From assembly GCA_021827945.1 (NCBI GenBank), contig JAKATW010000076.1, forward strand, positions 7,395 to 71,394: a stretch of DNA of 64,000 nt, given 5' to 3'. The position numbers were made by a program, and so were the translations under genes. Source of the stretch: Thermoplasmata archaeon. Lineage in GTDB: Archaea > Thermoplasmatota > Thermoplasmata > Thermoplasmatales > GCA-001856825. Below, in pieces: positions 16,826 through 26,061 of the stretch (positions are counted from its first letter, which is position 1; each line of letters opens with the position of its first letter). The notes below the pieces were generated by a model. That model ran no database searches. It was given only the letters and a program-made list of their open reading frames with translations, and had not been told where the DNA came from.

Positions 16826-17575
16826 ATGGCATCGTTCGACATCCTTCTTAAGCAGCTGAATCCCGTTAAAGGGATAGAGGCAAATGAAAAACGCATCAAA
16901 GATATCCTGGCAGAGGATTTCGACATTGCGGTATTTCCAGAAATGTTCTATTCTGGATACCTCATCAGGGACAACGTAAATTTCTACACGGTAAACCCGA
17001 GATTCATCAGCCAACTGCAGAGCGAAATTGGAGACAGGATGGTCATATTCGGGGCTCCACTAAGAGAGAAATTCCTCTATAATACAGCATTTGTAGTGAC
17101 AAAGAATTTCGTTCAAGTCTATAAGAAGAGACACCTCCCCAACTTTGGCCCGTTCGAGGAGATGAGATATTTCAAACGAGGAGACACTCCTCTGACCGTT
17201 GAGTTCAGGGGGTTCAGAGTGGGAATTGAGATATGTTATGATCTGTTCTTTGATGACTCGGTGGAAAAGGGGATAGACATACTGGTTAACATATCTGCCT
17301 CTCCATTCACTTCTTTTCCATTCTTCGAGAAAGTTTTTCCCGCCCGTGCAATAGAGAGTCAGTCATATCTGGTCTATGTCAATAACGCAGGGTTACAGAG
17401 GAATCATGTATTCTGGGGAGGAAGCAGAGTACTGGACTCTGATGGGAGGGAGATACTAGGACTTAAGAAGTATGTTGAGGACTCTGGAATTGCGACGGTA
17501 GAGTCCTCTGTGCTGGATCTGAGTAGAAGAAAAAGGAGAGTACTCAGCGAGGTCCTCGATGACTCTGCGAAATGA
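16826..17575 (+). CDS. Carbon-nitrogen hydrolase (nitrilase superfamily)
   Basis: 249 aa. The Glu-Lys-Cys triad contexts are 'VFPEMF', 'YKKRHLP' and 'IEICYDLFF'. Confidence 0.8.
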   Translation: MASFDILLKQLNPVKGIEANEKRIKDILAEDFDIAVFPEMFYSGYLIRDNVNFYTVNPRFISQLQSEIGDRMVIFGAPLREKFLYNTAFVVTKNFVQVYKKRHLPNFGPFEEMRYFKRGDTPLTVEFRGFRVGIEICYDLFFDDSVEKGIDILVNISASPFTSFPFFEKVFPARAIESQSYLVYVNNAGLQRNHVFWGGSRVLDSDGREILGLKKYVEDSGIATVESSVLDLSRRKRRVLSEVLDDSAK

Positions 17576-19112
17576 TCTTTTTCTCGCTAAAGTCCTGAAT
17601 ACCGAACTGAAATACCAGTACCTAAAGAATACCCCAAGATTTCAGAAAACAGACAGACAATCGGTTTCGGTAGCCAAGAGGTATCTGACCAGCAGTGTCA
17701 AGTCCTCTCTCTATGTGAACACCGTAATCTACGGCGTCATATCCGTCATGTTTGGAACAGTCTCATCTGAGTCTGGATTATCCAGCAATAGCTTTGTCCT
17801 TTTTCTCCTCCTCCTCATACTCGCTATAATGAGCGAGACTCAGTTCTATAGGGGAATATGGGACATGAAGCTCCTCACTCCTCTGACTCAGCTCCCGATC
17901 AAGGTCGAGAGAAGGGTGGTTCCACTCTCACTCTTTCTGTACAACGAGTTTTACCTTCCATTCGTTACAATTCCTGCAAGTATAATAATTTCAATCGGAC
18001 TGAGGAGTCCCATTCCAGTCATCGTTTTCTCACTCTTTACTGTCCTCTTCATTTATATTGCCAGACTGGTTTCTCTGCTTCTGGGCGTAACATTCGTCAA
18101 GACGAATACAAACAGGAAGACAAAGAGGCTGTATCTGGGTCAGGTCTTCCAGGTCGTAATTTTTGTGGTATTTATCCTTGCAATAGAGATTGCTACAAAT
18201 CCTTCCTTCCAGAATTACATAAAGATTCCGGAATCGCTCTATTACTTTATCCCAGTCTCGTCACAGTACATCTCCACGCTTTCGATTTACCCCCTTGCGG
18301 CATTCGCGGGGGTCTTTGCCCTGATTTTTCCTTTGTATATCTACGTTCAAAAGAAGAGCTTCACCGAGAGGATGGAGACATTTGCTGATGTCTCTGTCCA
18401 AAGCAAAAGGAAACTATCAGTCAGGTTGAAGAAGCCGATCGGTTCGTTGGTAGACAAGGATTTCAAGATAATGCTAAGGAGGAGAGGGGCGATAATGATT
18501 ATGGTAATACCAATCACTTTCATTATACCGATAGTCCCTGCATTGCTCTCCGCTTCGCCTGGCTCTCTCGAGTCAGTTTTCTATATCCCTTACGTGTCGT
18601 CAATATTCCTCATCGATTTCATACTCATGATTGGCCTGGAGGGAAAAGCAGCATGGCACCTTTCGGCCCTACCAATCACCAGGCGTCAGTTCTTTTTTTC
18701 CAAACTGTTCAGCATTTTTAGTATCGGCATAGTCTACTATGGAGTACTTATAGGCATTATCGCCTTCGTAAACAGAAAATTGGTCTCGTTCATGCTATTG
18801 AACTACCCCTTCTTTGCGATAATACTCGTTGCGGTACTGTTTGCAGGAGGAACCTATCTTGTGAACGCAATTCCTAAAGAGGTTTACTCGCTCTCCCAGG
18901 AGGGGATCGGTGGAAGGTGGATATTTCTGAAGACATTCGTCATTGGACTCCCGATCATAGTCCTGAATGCAGTTGTGTTTGCATTTGCGAAATATGTAAT
19001 AAATTTCAACATGTCGTACTATTTCAAAGGGTATAGTCTGACGATAGTGATCGATGCTCTGATCTCTTACTTATTCCTGAGGCTGTTCATCAGGAAGGGA
19101 GACCACTTCTAG
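17559..19112 (+). CDS. Polytopic integral membrane protein of unknown function (ABC-2/exporter-like topology)
   Basis: 517 aa with about 12 or more hydrophobic segments. It overlaps the CN-hydrolase stop by 17 nt. Two 'LPI(K/T)xxR' loop motifs suggest an internal duplication. Confidence 0.6.
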   Translation: MTLRNDLFLAKVLNTELKYQYLKNTPRFQKTDRQSVSVAKRYLTSSVKSSLYVNTVIYGVISVMFGTVSSESGLSSNSFVLFLLLLILAIMSETQFYRGIWDMKLLTPLTQLPIKVERRVVPLSLFLYNEFYLPFVTIPASIIISIGLRSPIPVIVFSLFTVLFIYIARLVSLLLGVTFVKTNTNRKTKRLYLGQVFQVVIFVVFILAIEIATNPSFQNYIKIPESLYYFIPVSSQYISTLSIYPLAAFAGVFALIFPLYIYVQKKSFTERMETFADVSVQSKRKLSVRLKKPIGSLVDKDFKIMLRRRGAIMIMVIPITFIIPIVPALLSASPGSLESVFYIPYVSSIFLIDFILMIGLEGKAAWHLSALPITRRQFFFSKLFSIFSIGIVYYGVLIGIIAFVNRKLVSFMLLNYPFFAIILVAVLFAGGTYLVNAIPKEVYSLSQEGIGGRWIFLKTFVIGLPIIVLNAVVFAFAKYVINFNMSYYFKGYSLTIVIDALISYLFLRLFIRKGDHF

Positions 19113-19147
19113 CTTTATACTTATAATGAGGCAACTCATGGGTCAAC

Positions 19148-20143
19148 GTGGATAACGTCCGCAAAATAGATCCCGTTGTTCCCAACAGAGAGTTGATAGA
19201 GGAAGCTTCCAGAATTATCAATGGTGGCGGAACGGTAGCGTTTCCGACTGAGACTGTCTATGGGCTTGGTGCAAATGCCCTAGATGACGAAGCTTGTAAG
19301 AAGATCTATGAAGTCAAGGGCAGACAACAAGACAATCCTATAATAGTCCACATAAACGACTTTGAACAACTGGAATCAGTAACACAGGGACTTTCAGGGA
19401 AAATGAGAGAGAAATTCGAACGCGTATGGCCTGGCCCTCTCACGGTGGTGCTCAAAAAGAGAAACATCGGACTGGTTCCCACCGCTGGATTGGAAACGGT
19501 TGCAGTACGGATGCCAGCCCACAGAGTGCCACAAGAGTTGATCAGGAGGAGCGGGAAGCCAATTGCTGCACCCAGTGCCAACAAGTCGGGTCGCCCTAGT
19601 CCCGTTTACGCTTCAGAAGTGCTGGAGGATCTTGGGCAGAAGGTTGACCTAATACTTGACGGGGGAGCCTCATCGTTTGGGGTGGAATCAACTGTCATGA
19701 TGTTCAAAGGTGACGAAATTGTCATTCTCAGGCCCGGTGCCTTTTCCGCAGAGGACATAAAAAAAATCTTTGAACTCAGAGTCACAATTTCTGGAGATAC
19801 TCCAGAAACCCCTGTCTCTCCAGGAATGAAATACAGACACTATGCTCCGGAAAAAGAGCTCTTCCTTGCAAGAAGCGAAGAGAAAGCGATCGAGGCTTGT
19901 AGAGAGGGAAATGTTCTGTTCATTGGGAGTTCCGAGCTTGCCGACAAAGTCGGAACTGAATCAGTAGTTTTGGGATCTAGAAAAGATCTCTATAATGTTG
20001 CGAGGAATCTGTTCCCCTCTTTTAGAAAGTTAGACAGGAGCAGGTATTCAGCAGGAATAATCGAAAGTTTCGAGGAGAAGGGGATAGGTCTTGCGATCAT
20101 GAATCGGATCGCCAAGGCAACGGGGGGAAGAGAGGTCAAATAA
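19148..20143 (+). CDS. sua5: L-threonylcarbamoyladenylate synthase (Sua5/TsaC with Sua5 C-terminal domain)
   Basis: 331 aa. Contains 'GGTVAFPTETVYGLGANALD', 'RPGPLT'-like 'WPGPLTVVL' and 'APSANKSGRPSP'. Confidence 0.9.
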   Translation: MDNVRKIDPVVPNRELIEEASRIINGGGTVAFPTETVYGLGANALDDEACKKIYEVKGRQQDNPIIVHINDFEQLESVTQGLSGKMREKFERVWPGPLTVVLKKRNIGLVPTAGLETVAVRMPAHRVPQELIRRSGKPIAAPSANKSGRPSPVYASEVLEDLGQKVDLILDGGASSFGVESTVMMFKGDEIVILRPGAFSAEDIKKIFELRVTISGDTPETPVSPGMKYRHYAPEKELFLARSEEKAIEACREGNVLFIGSSELADKVGTESVVLGSRKDLYNVARNLFPSFRKLDRSRYSAGIIESFEEKGIGLAIMNRIAKATGGREVK

Positions 20144-20565
20144 ACTATTTATTGGATTTAGTAACCATCTCTGGATCACACCTCATTTGGCTTTATTCCT
20201 GCAGTTGAATTCCAATATTTACGGAGACCTGTAAGGAATCTAAGTCTGAACCTCAAGGGTATCACCCCGCTTCGTCAGGTCCCCTTGCATTTGGAGGGGT
20301 TTCCAAAAATGTTTGTTATGACCAGTACGGGGGAATCTATTGGGGCAAACAAATTGTCACAATACCATTGAAGGTCAGAATCAAAAGTCGACACCAATAT
20401 CTTTGGTCACATTTTTCTTGACTGATATTCTACTTACAGGATTATTAAAGTTCATTCTCTGATCACATCCTTGTTCAAACGTGGCTTATCTTCTAAGTAT
20501 GCCTTGTAGCAATCCGGACGTCTTCCCTTAAATTGAAGAAGGACCACTCACAGAGTCATATCAAG

Positions 20566-21102
20566 TCAGCTGTTGTAGAACCCTCTTGTTTTTAGATATT
20601 CCAATATCGTGTCGACGCTCTCTTCAATCGTCTTCTCGTTTGTATCAATAGATATCTCGGGGGAGAGTGGTTCTTCGTAAGGGTCCTGAAGTCCTGTCAG
20701 ATTTGTGATCTCTCCAGCTAGTGCTTTCTTGTAAAGTCCCTTAGGGTCACGTTTGATCAGAATATCGAGGGGACACTTGACATAGATTTCAATAAAATTT
20801 GATATCTCATTCCTTGCCTTTAGCCTGACTTCTCGGTAGGGGGAAATTAAAGGCACTAGGGTCACGACACCGTTCCTCGAAAGAAGTTTGGCAACGAAGA
20901 TGACCCTTTCATTGTGCTTTTCCCTGTCCTCTTTCGAGAAACCTAGGTCTCGCGACAAGCCCTTCCTGATCTCGTCACCGTCAAGTATTTCCACCTGTCT
21001 TCCCGCACTTATTAACAGTGTCTTGAGGCTCTCCGCAAGGGTCGTTTTACCTGCTCCGGGGGGACCCGTGAACCATAGAACGTAACCTTGCCTATTCGAC
21101 AT
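20566..21102 (-). CDS. cysC: Adenylylsulfate (APS) kinase
   Basis: 'GYVLWFTGPPGAGKTTLAE', 'LDGDEIRKGLSRDLGFSKEDR' and 'ISPYRE' are present. ATG 21102 overlaps the upstream gene's stop by 11 nt. The ORF track extends to 21165. Confidence 0.9.
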   Translation of the reverse strand: MSNRQGYVLWFTGPPGAGKTTLAESLKTLLISAGRQVEILDGDEIRKGLSRDLGFSKEDREKHNERVIFVAKLLSRNGVVTLVPLISPYREVRLKARNEISNFIEIYVKCPLDILIKRDPKGLYKKALAGEITNLTGLQDPYEEPLSPEISIDTNEKTIEESVDTILEYLKTRGFYNS

Positions 21103-22489
21103 ATTCAACACCCTCCATGGGCTTACCCTGAATTCCGTACATTTTCCTGACTCTGTATAATTCAAGAATAGTAGGAGTTATCCTGAATATGCTTGAATCA
21201 ATCACTTTCCCGATCTTCTTGTTCTTCCTGTACATGATGTATATCCCATCATAGTCATGGACCGCATCATCTGGACCGGTGTCGTTCTCTAGAAGATAGT
21301 CAGTATCATATCCAAGTGTGCCAGCCGTTCTCCAGCTTAGATCGTCTAGGTAAACGAACAGATCCGACCTGTCCCCATTGACTACTGGGTAGACCTCTTC
21401 AGGCTCGAAAACCTTTGTCTTCCACTCCTCTCCATTAGGACCCTTTATTGATCTAATCTTCTCCTTCAGAATCTCAATCTCCCTCCTTACATCCTCCCTT
21501 TCAATTATGCCCTCCGGTTCTCTACCTTTAATATTCAGAAAAATTCTAGCATAATATCCCCCCCAGGCCCAAGCCTTCGAATTTGTCCAGTCAACGTCAA
21601 GATCATCCAACGATACCCCGGGCTTCTGGATTGGAGATTTCAGTTTAAGGTAACCTTCCCTTATTAACCACTGGTTTATTGCGAATGCACCTTTCATGTG
21701 TTTGGCTCCGTGATCAGAAACTATCAGAACGACAGTATCCTCATCGAATTCATCCAGAAGTCTCCCGATATGTGCGTCGACCATTTTGAAATAAGAAACA
21801 AACTTTTCTCTCATCTCCCTGTCATTCTCATAAAGGTGGCTCTCTTCGTCGATGTATCTCCAGAACGCATGATGAATTCTGTCGATTCCTATCTCCACCA
21901 TGAAGAAGAAGTCCCATTCCTTTTCCTTTATCATCTTTTCAGCCATCCGGAATCTCGTATCAGTCATCTTGAAGATTTCATCAATGATCTGTTTCTTCTC
22001 TGGTTTCCTGAACTTGACGTCGAACTGGTAATCTGGAAAATCCCTTAGAATCTCATTTTTCAATCCTGGGGGGTATGTGAATTCTTTATCACGGTCAGGA
22101 GTAAGAAAATCCGAGACCATCAACCCTGGAATTGGCTTTGGAGGATAAGATGGTGGAACTGCGATTACAATGCTTTTTTTGTTCCTCTTACCCAGTATAT
22201 CCCAGACGGTGTCAAACTTAATGTCATGGGATGTTGGTATCTTTATCCCATTATAGGAGTTTGGTATCCTAGACCTGAACCCGTAGAGTCCAAGTTCTCC
22301 TGGAGACCTACCCGTTGCCATAACCATCCACGCAGGTACCGTAATTGGCGGATCGCAACTTCTCAACTTCCCTGAAACTCCATTGACTGTCATCTTTGAA
22401 AGATTAGGGAGATCTTCCTTGAGCTTATTGAATATCAGGTCTGGTGCGGCGCAATCGAGTCCTATAACTGCGACTTTCATTTCGATCAC
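21092..22489 (-). CDS. Alkaline-phosphatase superfamily protein (COG3379-like), paralog 2
   Basis: 465 aa. Contains 'KVAVIGLDCAAPD', 'ITVPAW' and 'SDHGAKH'. It is a paralog of 4076-5494 and abuts the upstream RHH gene. Confidence 0.75.
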   Translation of the reverse strand: MIEMKVAVIGLDCAAPDLIFNKLKEDLPNLSKMTVNGVSGKLRSCDPPITVPAWMVMATGRSPGELGLYGFRSRIPNSYNGIKIPTSHDIKFDTVWDILGKRNKKSIVIAVPPSYPPKPIPGLMVSDFLTPDRDKEFTYPPGLKNEILRDFPDYQFDVKFRKPEKKQIIDEIFKMTDTRFRMAEKMIKEKEWDFFFMVEIGIDRIHHAFWRYIDEESHLYENDREMREKFVSYFKMVDAHIGRLLDEFDEDTVVLIVSDHGAKHMKGAFAINQWLIREGYLKLKSPIQKPGVSLDDLDVDWTNSKAWAWGGYYARIFLNIKGREPEGIIEREDVRREIEILKEKIRSIKGPNGEEWKTKVFEPEEVYPVVNGDRSDLFVYLDDLSWRTAGTLGYDTDYLLENDTGPDDAVHDYDGIYIMYRKNKKIGKVIDSSIFRITPTILELYRVRKMYGIQGKPMEGVEYVE

Positions 22490-22708
22490 TCAGTCCAGAT
22501 ATCCCAGAGACCTAAGTCTGTCCTTTACCTTCTTTTCATCTTCAGCATTGAAAGCTTCCTGCTCGCTTCCATGGGCCAGAATCTCTCTCAAAACAAATGT
22601 TACGTAGTCGCTTACCGAGGTGAATCCTGTTCCCTTAATCTTCTCCTGAATCTTCTCAAACAGCGGAGTTGGCAATGAGACCGTAGTATATTTCTTATCG
22701 GTTACCAT
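22490..22708 (-). CDS. Ribbon-helix-helix (CopG-like) transcriptional regulator
   Basis: 72 aa. 'YTTVSLPTPLFEKIQEKIKGTGFTSVSDYVTFVLREIL' shows a beta-strand/helix/helix pattern. Its stop directly abuts the start of the AlkP gene. Confidence 0.65.
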   Translation of the reverse strand: MVTDKKYTTVSLPTPLFEKIQEKIKGTGFTSVSDYVTFVLREILAHGSEQEAFNAEDEKKVKDRLRSLGYLD

Positions 22709-23107
22709 AATAAAACAGGAGAAAGTGATACTTATAATTTGTTGTAATTACTTTATATATAAACGCATAATAAAATTTGGTACGATATTTAATGTAAAAC
22801 ATTCATCCGTAAATTAGTACAATTTGAATCTTGTACTGTCCTGTGTGAGTTCTATTTTGTCTCGCTGACCCCAACACACGGTCTTACAGCACTTTTTACA
22901 CTTGTACTGGCGATACGTCCGTCAATAATCCTGGTGGTTTTGATTTTTAGGAAATTTTCCACTTAATGCAAGGCTCCCCTAATCGGTCAGTCAATATATC
23001 AGGTGTAGATCATCCGGATGACACGCCTGGCAACTATTGGTAATAATGGGGTACTGGCAGAACTTCGGAAATAAACACTCCCGGTGACAGGGTATAAACG
23101 GAAAGAA

Positions 23108-23115
23108 TTAAATAT
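23108..23115 (+). promoter_or_regulatory. Candidate TATA box for albA (near-leaderless)
   Basis: TTAAATAT ends 24 nt before GTG 23139. Confidence 0.4.
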
Positions 23116-23138
23116 GATTTGATACTTGGACAATTCTG

Positions 23139-23429
23139 GTGATAAGCGTGGCTGATAACAACACTATATTCATCGGGAAGAAGCCGACTGAAAACTACGT
23201 TTTTAGCACGATAATGCTCTTTACAAATGGGGCAAGCGAAGTCTCAATAAAGGCAAGAGGTATGGCAATTAAGAGGGCTGTCGACGTTGCTGAAATCGTC
23301 AGGAACAGAATGGAATCTATGATGAAGACCCAAGTCAAGTACCAGGATATTAAAATAGCGACTGAAAAAGTTCAGCGAGAAGATGGAGAAAGCAACGTAT
23401 CCTCGATAGAAATTATCCTAAAGAAGTAG
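23139..23429 (+). CDS. albA: Chromatin protein Alba
   Basis: 96 aa. 'NTIFIGKKPTENYVFSTIMLF..GASEVSIKARGMAIKRAVDVAEIVRNR' matches the Alba family. Confidence 0.9.
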   Translation: MISVADNNTIFIGKKPTENYVFSTIMLFTNGASEVSIKARGMAIKRAVDVAEIVRNRMESMMKTQVKYQDIKIATEKVQREDGESNVSSIEIILKK

Positions 23430-23472
23430 GTGAACCATCACCTACCATTAATTTTTTACTTTGAACCTATAA

Positions 23473-25269
23473 ATGTTCCAGATTCTCCACAGGGATGGGT
23501 TATCAAGGATTGGAGAACTGGAGATTAAAAACAAGAAGATTGTCACTCCCGTTCTGCTACCTGTTCTTCATCCCTTCAAGACAGATCCCTGGATATCAGC
23601 AATAAAACAGATGAAGCTGGGAGGAGTTATCACAAATTCCTACATTCTTAAAAAGGGTGGTTTCCAGAAAGGTAAGGATATACACGACCTCCTTGATTTT
23701 GGGGGGATTGTCATGACTGATTCTGGCACATTTCAGGAGCATATGTATGGAGAACTGAATGCAGCGAATCTGGAGATGGTGAAGTATCAGGCTGGCATAA
23801 ATTCCGATATAATCACTATAAGGGACATTTTCTCAGAAATGGATCACTCGAAGGGGAAGATCGAAGAAGATATAAAAGAGAATTATAACAGAGGACGAGA
23901 AGCAATTGCTGAGACAGGGGAGTACATAGCACTGCCCATCCAGGGAGGTATATATCCTGATCTCAGGCAGGAGAGTGCGAGGTTGATGGGTTCTCTAGAT
24001 AGTGAGTATTTTCCTATAGGAGGCATCGTACCCTTCATGGAGAGATACATGTACTCAATGGTGCTGGAATCAATCCTGAACTCCAAGAGGAATTTGAGGA
24101 GCTCGGGCGTCATCCATGCCTTTGGTGCAGGTCACCCTATGTTCTTCCCTCTCCTGTTCTTGGTTGGAGTCGATGTCATTGATTCATCCGCCTACATCAA
24201 GTATGCCAGAGATGGTAGAATCCTTACAGAAACGGGCACAGTTGAGTTGAAATCTTATACTGAGGAACTCCCACCCTCTCCTTACTTCGACAAATATACA
24301 GCAAAGGAACTTAGCTCTCTTGGCAAAGACGAACAGACTGAGGTCATAGGGCTTCACAATCTCTATGTTTCTGTGAAGGAACTTGAAAATATTCGACAAC
24401 AGATAAGGTCGGAGAACATGTGGAACTATGCAGAGTATAGGGCGCATTCTCACCCCCTTCTGCTAGAAGCGCTAAGAAAGGTACATGAATTCTATGACTA
24501 CACAGAGAAGTTCGAACCTCTTTCAAGGAGGACGCCAATTTTTTATAGTGGAGAAGAAACACTTGACCGCCCGAATATTAAGAGGTTCATCTCCAGAATA
24601 GGAGAGAACCCAACCGGAATCAAGGTTGACAAGAAGCCTTATTCTTATTACGTTGATACTCCCGTAGACTACGTGCAGAGCCAGTTTGGTGTCGTTTCGT
24701 TGCTCCTGGATGAAACATACCCGGTTGCTCAGTCGCTTTTCCCCGGGGAGTACTACGACAGCTACAAGGATGTCTCAAAATTCGACAAACCGGAGTGGCA
24801 GGAATTTCTGCTAAACAAGGTTGATTATATTTTCAATTATCAGTTTGGTAAGAAACTTTACTCCATGGTCGATAAGAGGGGGATTACTCTGCAGAGAAGC
24901 AAGAACACGGGTAAGATTAGAAATGTTTACAGCGGTGGTAAACAGATTCTATCTCTAAGGGCATCTGACGGGCTGTTTTCCCTTAATTATGAAGGTGCGG
25001 TTCTGATCCATTCCAATTTTGAATACCCAGCACACAGAGTGGTGATTGACCCGGAAGTGACGGAATTCATCAGGGAAGGAAGGAATGTTTTTGCAAAGTT
25101 TGTCGAGGAAGCAGATCCAGGCATCCGTCCTCACGATGAGGTCGTAATCGTAGATAGAGATGACAAACTCTTGTCCTATGGGAGAGTTATCCTGAACAGA
25201 CAGGAAATGATTGAGTTTCGGAAAGGAATAGCAGTCAAAAATAGACTAAAGTCTGACGACTCTAGTTAA
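23473..25269 (+). CDS. tgtA: Archaeosine tRNA-guanine(15) transglycosylase (ArcTGT) with C-terminal PUA region
   Basis: 598 aa. Contains 'LHRDGLSRIGELEI..KKIVTPVLLPV' and 'TDSGTFQ'. The long C-terminal extension is typical of archaeal TgtA. Confidence 0.9.
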   Translation: MFQILHRDGLSRIGELEIKNKKIVTPVLLPVLHPFKTDPWISAIKQMKLGGVITNSYILKKGGFQKGKDIHDLLDFGGIVMTDSGTFQEHMYGELNAANLEMVKYQAGINSDIITIRDIFSEMDHSKGKIEEDIKENYNRGREAIAETGEYIALPIQGGIYPDLRQESARLMGSLDSEYFPIGGIVPFMERYMYSMVLESILNSKRNLRSSGVIHAFGAGHPMFFPLLFLVGVDVIDSSAYIKYARDGRILTETGTVELKSYTEELPPSPYFDKYTAKELSSLGKDEQTEVIGLHNLYVSVKELENIRQQIRSENMWNYAEYRAHSHPLLLEALRKVHEFYDYTEKFEPLSRRTPIFYSGEETLDRPNIKRFISRIGENPTGIKVDKKPYSYYVDTPVDYVQSQFGVVSLLLDETYPVAQSLFPGEYYDSYKDVSKFDKPEWQEFLLNKVDYIFNYQFGKKLYSMVDKRGITLQRSKNTGKIRNVYSGGKQILSLRASDGLFSLNYEGAVLIHSNFEYPAHRVVIDPEVTEFIREGRNVFAKFVEEADPGIRPHDEVVIVDRDDKLLSYGRVILNRQEMIEFRKGIAVKNRLKSDDSS

Positions 25270-25299
25270 AAATTTAAGGCAGAGTGTGTTTTCTGGAAA

Positions 25300-26061
25300 G
25301 TGGAGATTAAAAGGGTCGAGACTGTAGAGGAGTACAAGGTCGTAGAGGATTTACAGAGAGACATCTGGGGAATGGTTGAAGAACCTCCCGTTCCGCTACC
25401 GCTAATGGTAGCACTGAATTCCAATGGCGGACTCGTTGAAATAGCCAAGGATGGCGAGAGGATAGTAGGCTTTAGTCTCGCCTTCCCGGGAAGGGAGGGT
25501 GATTATAGATATCTCTACTCTCACATGGCTGGGGTACTCGAAGAATACAGGAACAGAAACTTCGGATATGGGATCAAGATGCACCAATTTGAGGAAGCTG
25601 CCAAGATGGGCTACTCTGAGGTGAGGTGGACCTTTGATCCAATGAAGGCAAGGAATGCATTCTTTAATGTCGGTAAACTTGGTGCCCTTGCTTACGATTA
25701 CAAGATCAACTACTACGGGATAATGAGATCGAAGGAGAATGAAGGCGTAGAATCCGACAGAATAGAAGCTCATAAATTTCTTAACAGAAAGAAGGTGACC
25801 ATTGACGAGTTTGAAATCGCTGCGAAAATTACGGATTACCCCGCACCCTGGGGGGAATTCAAGATCAGGGGCAATTCTCTTGCCATAGAAGTGCCATTAG
25901 ACCTTGGTAGAAATGATCTAGACCTTGCCAAAAAGTGGCGTCTTTCACTTAGAAACGCTATCACATCACTGGAGCGAAAGCACTACGTCATGAGTGATGT
26001 AATAAAGAATCAGAACTCGGTATACATGTTGTTTGCGCTGAGGACAGTTCTGGGTCTATAG
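25300..26061 (+). CDS. GNAT-fold protein (COG3375-like, uncharacterised acyltransferase)
   Basis: 253 aa with a GTG start. 'VGFSLAFPG...YLYSHMAGVLEEYRNRNFGYGIKMHQ...GYSEVRWTFDP' resembles the predicted-acetyltransferase family. The assignment is from memory. Confidence 0.55.
   Translation: MEIKRVETVEEYKVVEDLQRDIWGMVEEPPVPLPLMVALNSNGGLVEIAKDGERIVGFSLAFPGREGDYRYLYSHMAGVLEEYRNRNFGYGIKMHQFEEAAKMGYSEVRWTFDPMKARNAFFNVGKLGALAYDYKINYYGIMRSKENEGVESDRIEAHKFLNRKKVTIDEFEIAAKITDYPAPWGEFKIRGNSLAIEVPLDLGRNDLDLAKKWRLSLRNAITSLERKHYVMSDVIKNQNSVYMLFALRTVLGL

Noticed and set aside
20144-20565. SRP RNA or RNase P RNA in the gap, prompted by the 'TCAGGTCC' fragment.
   Set aside because: Only a short fragment resembles the SRP helix-8 motif. 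I could not trace the expected helices or conserved loops. It is kept only as an unexplained gap in the findings.
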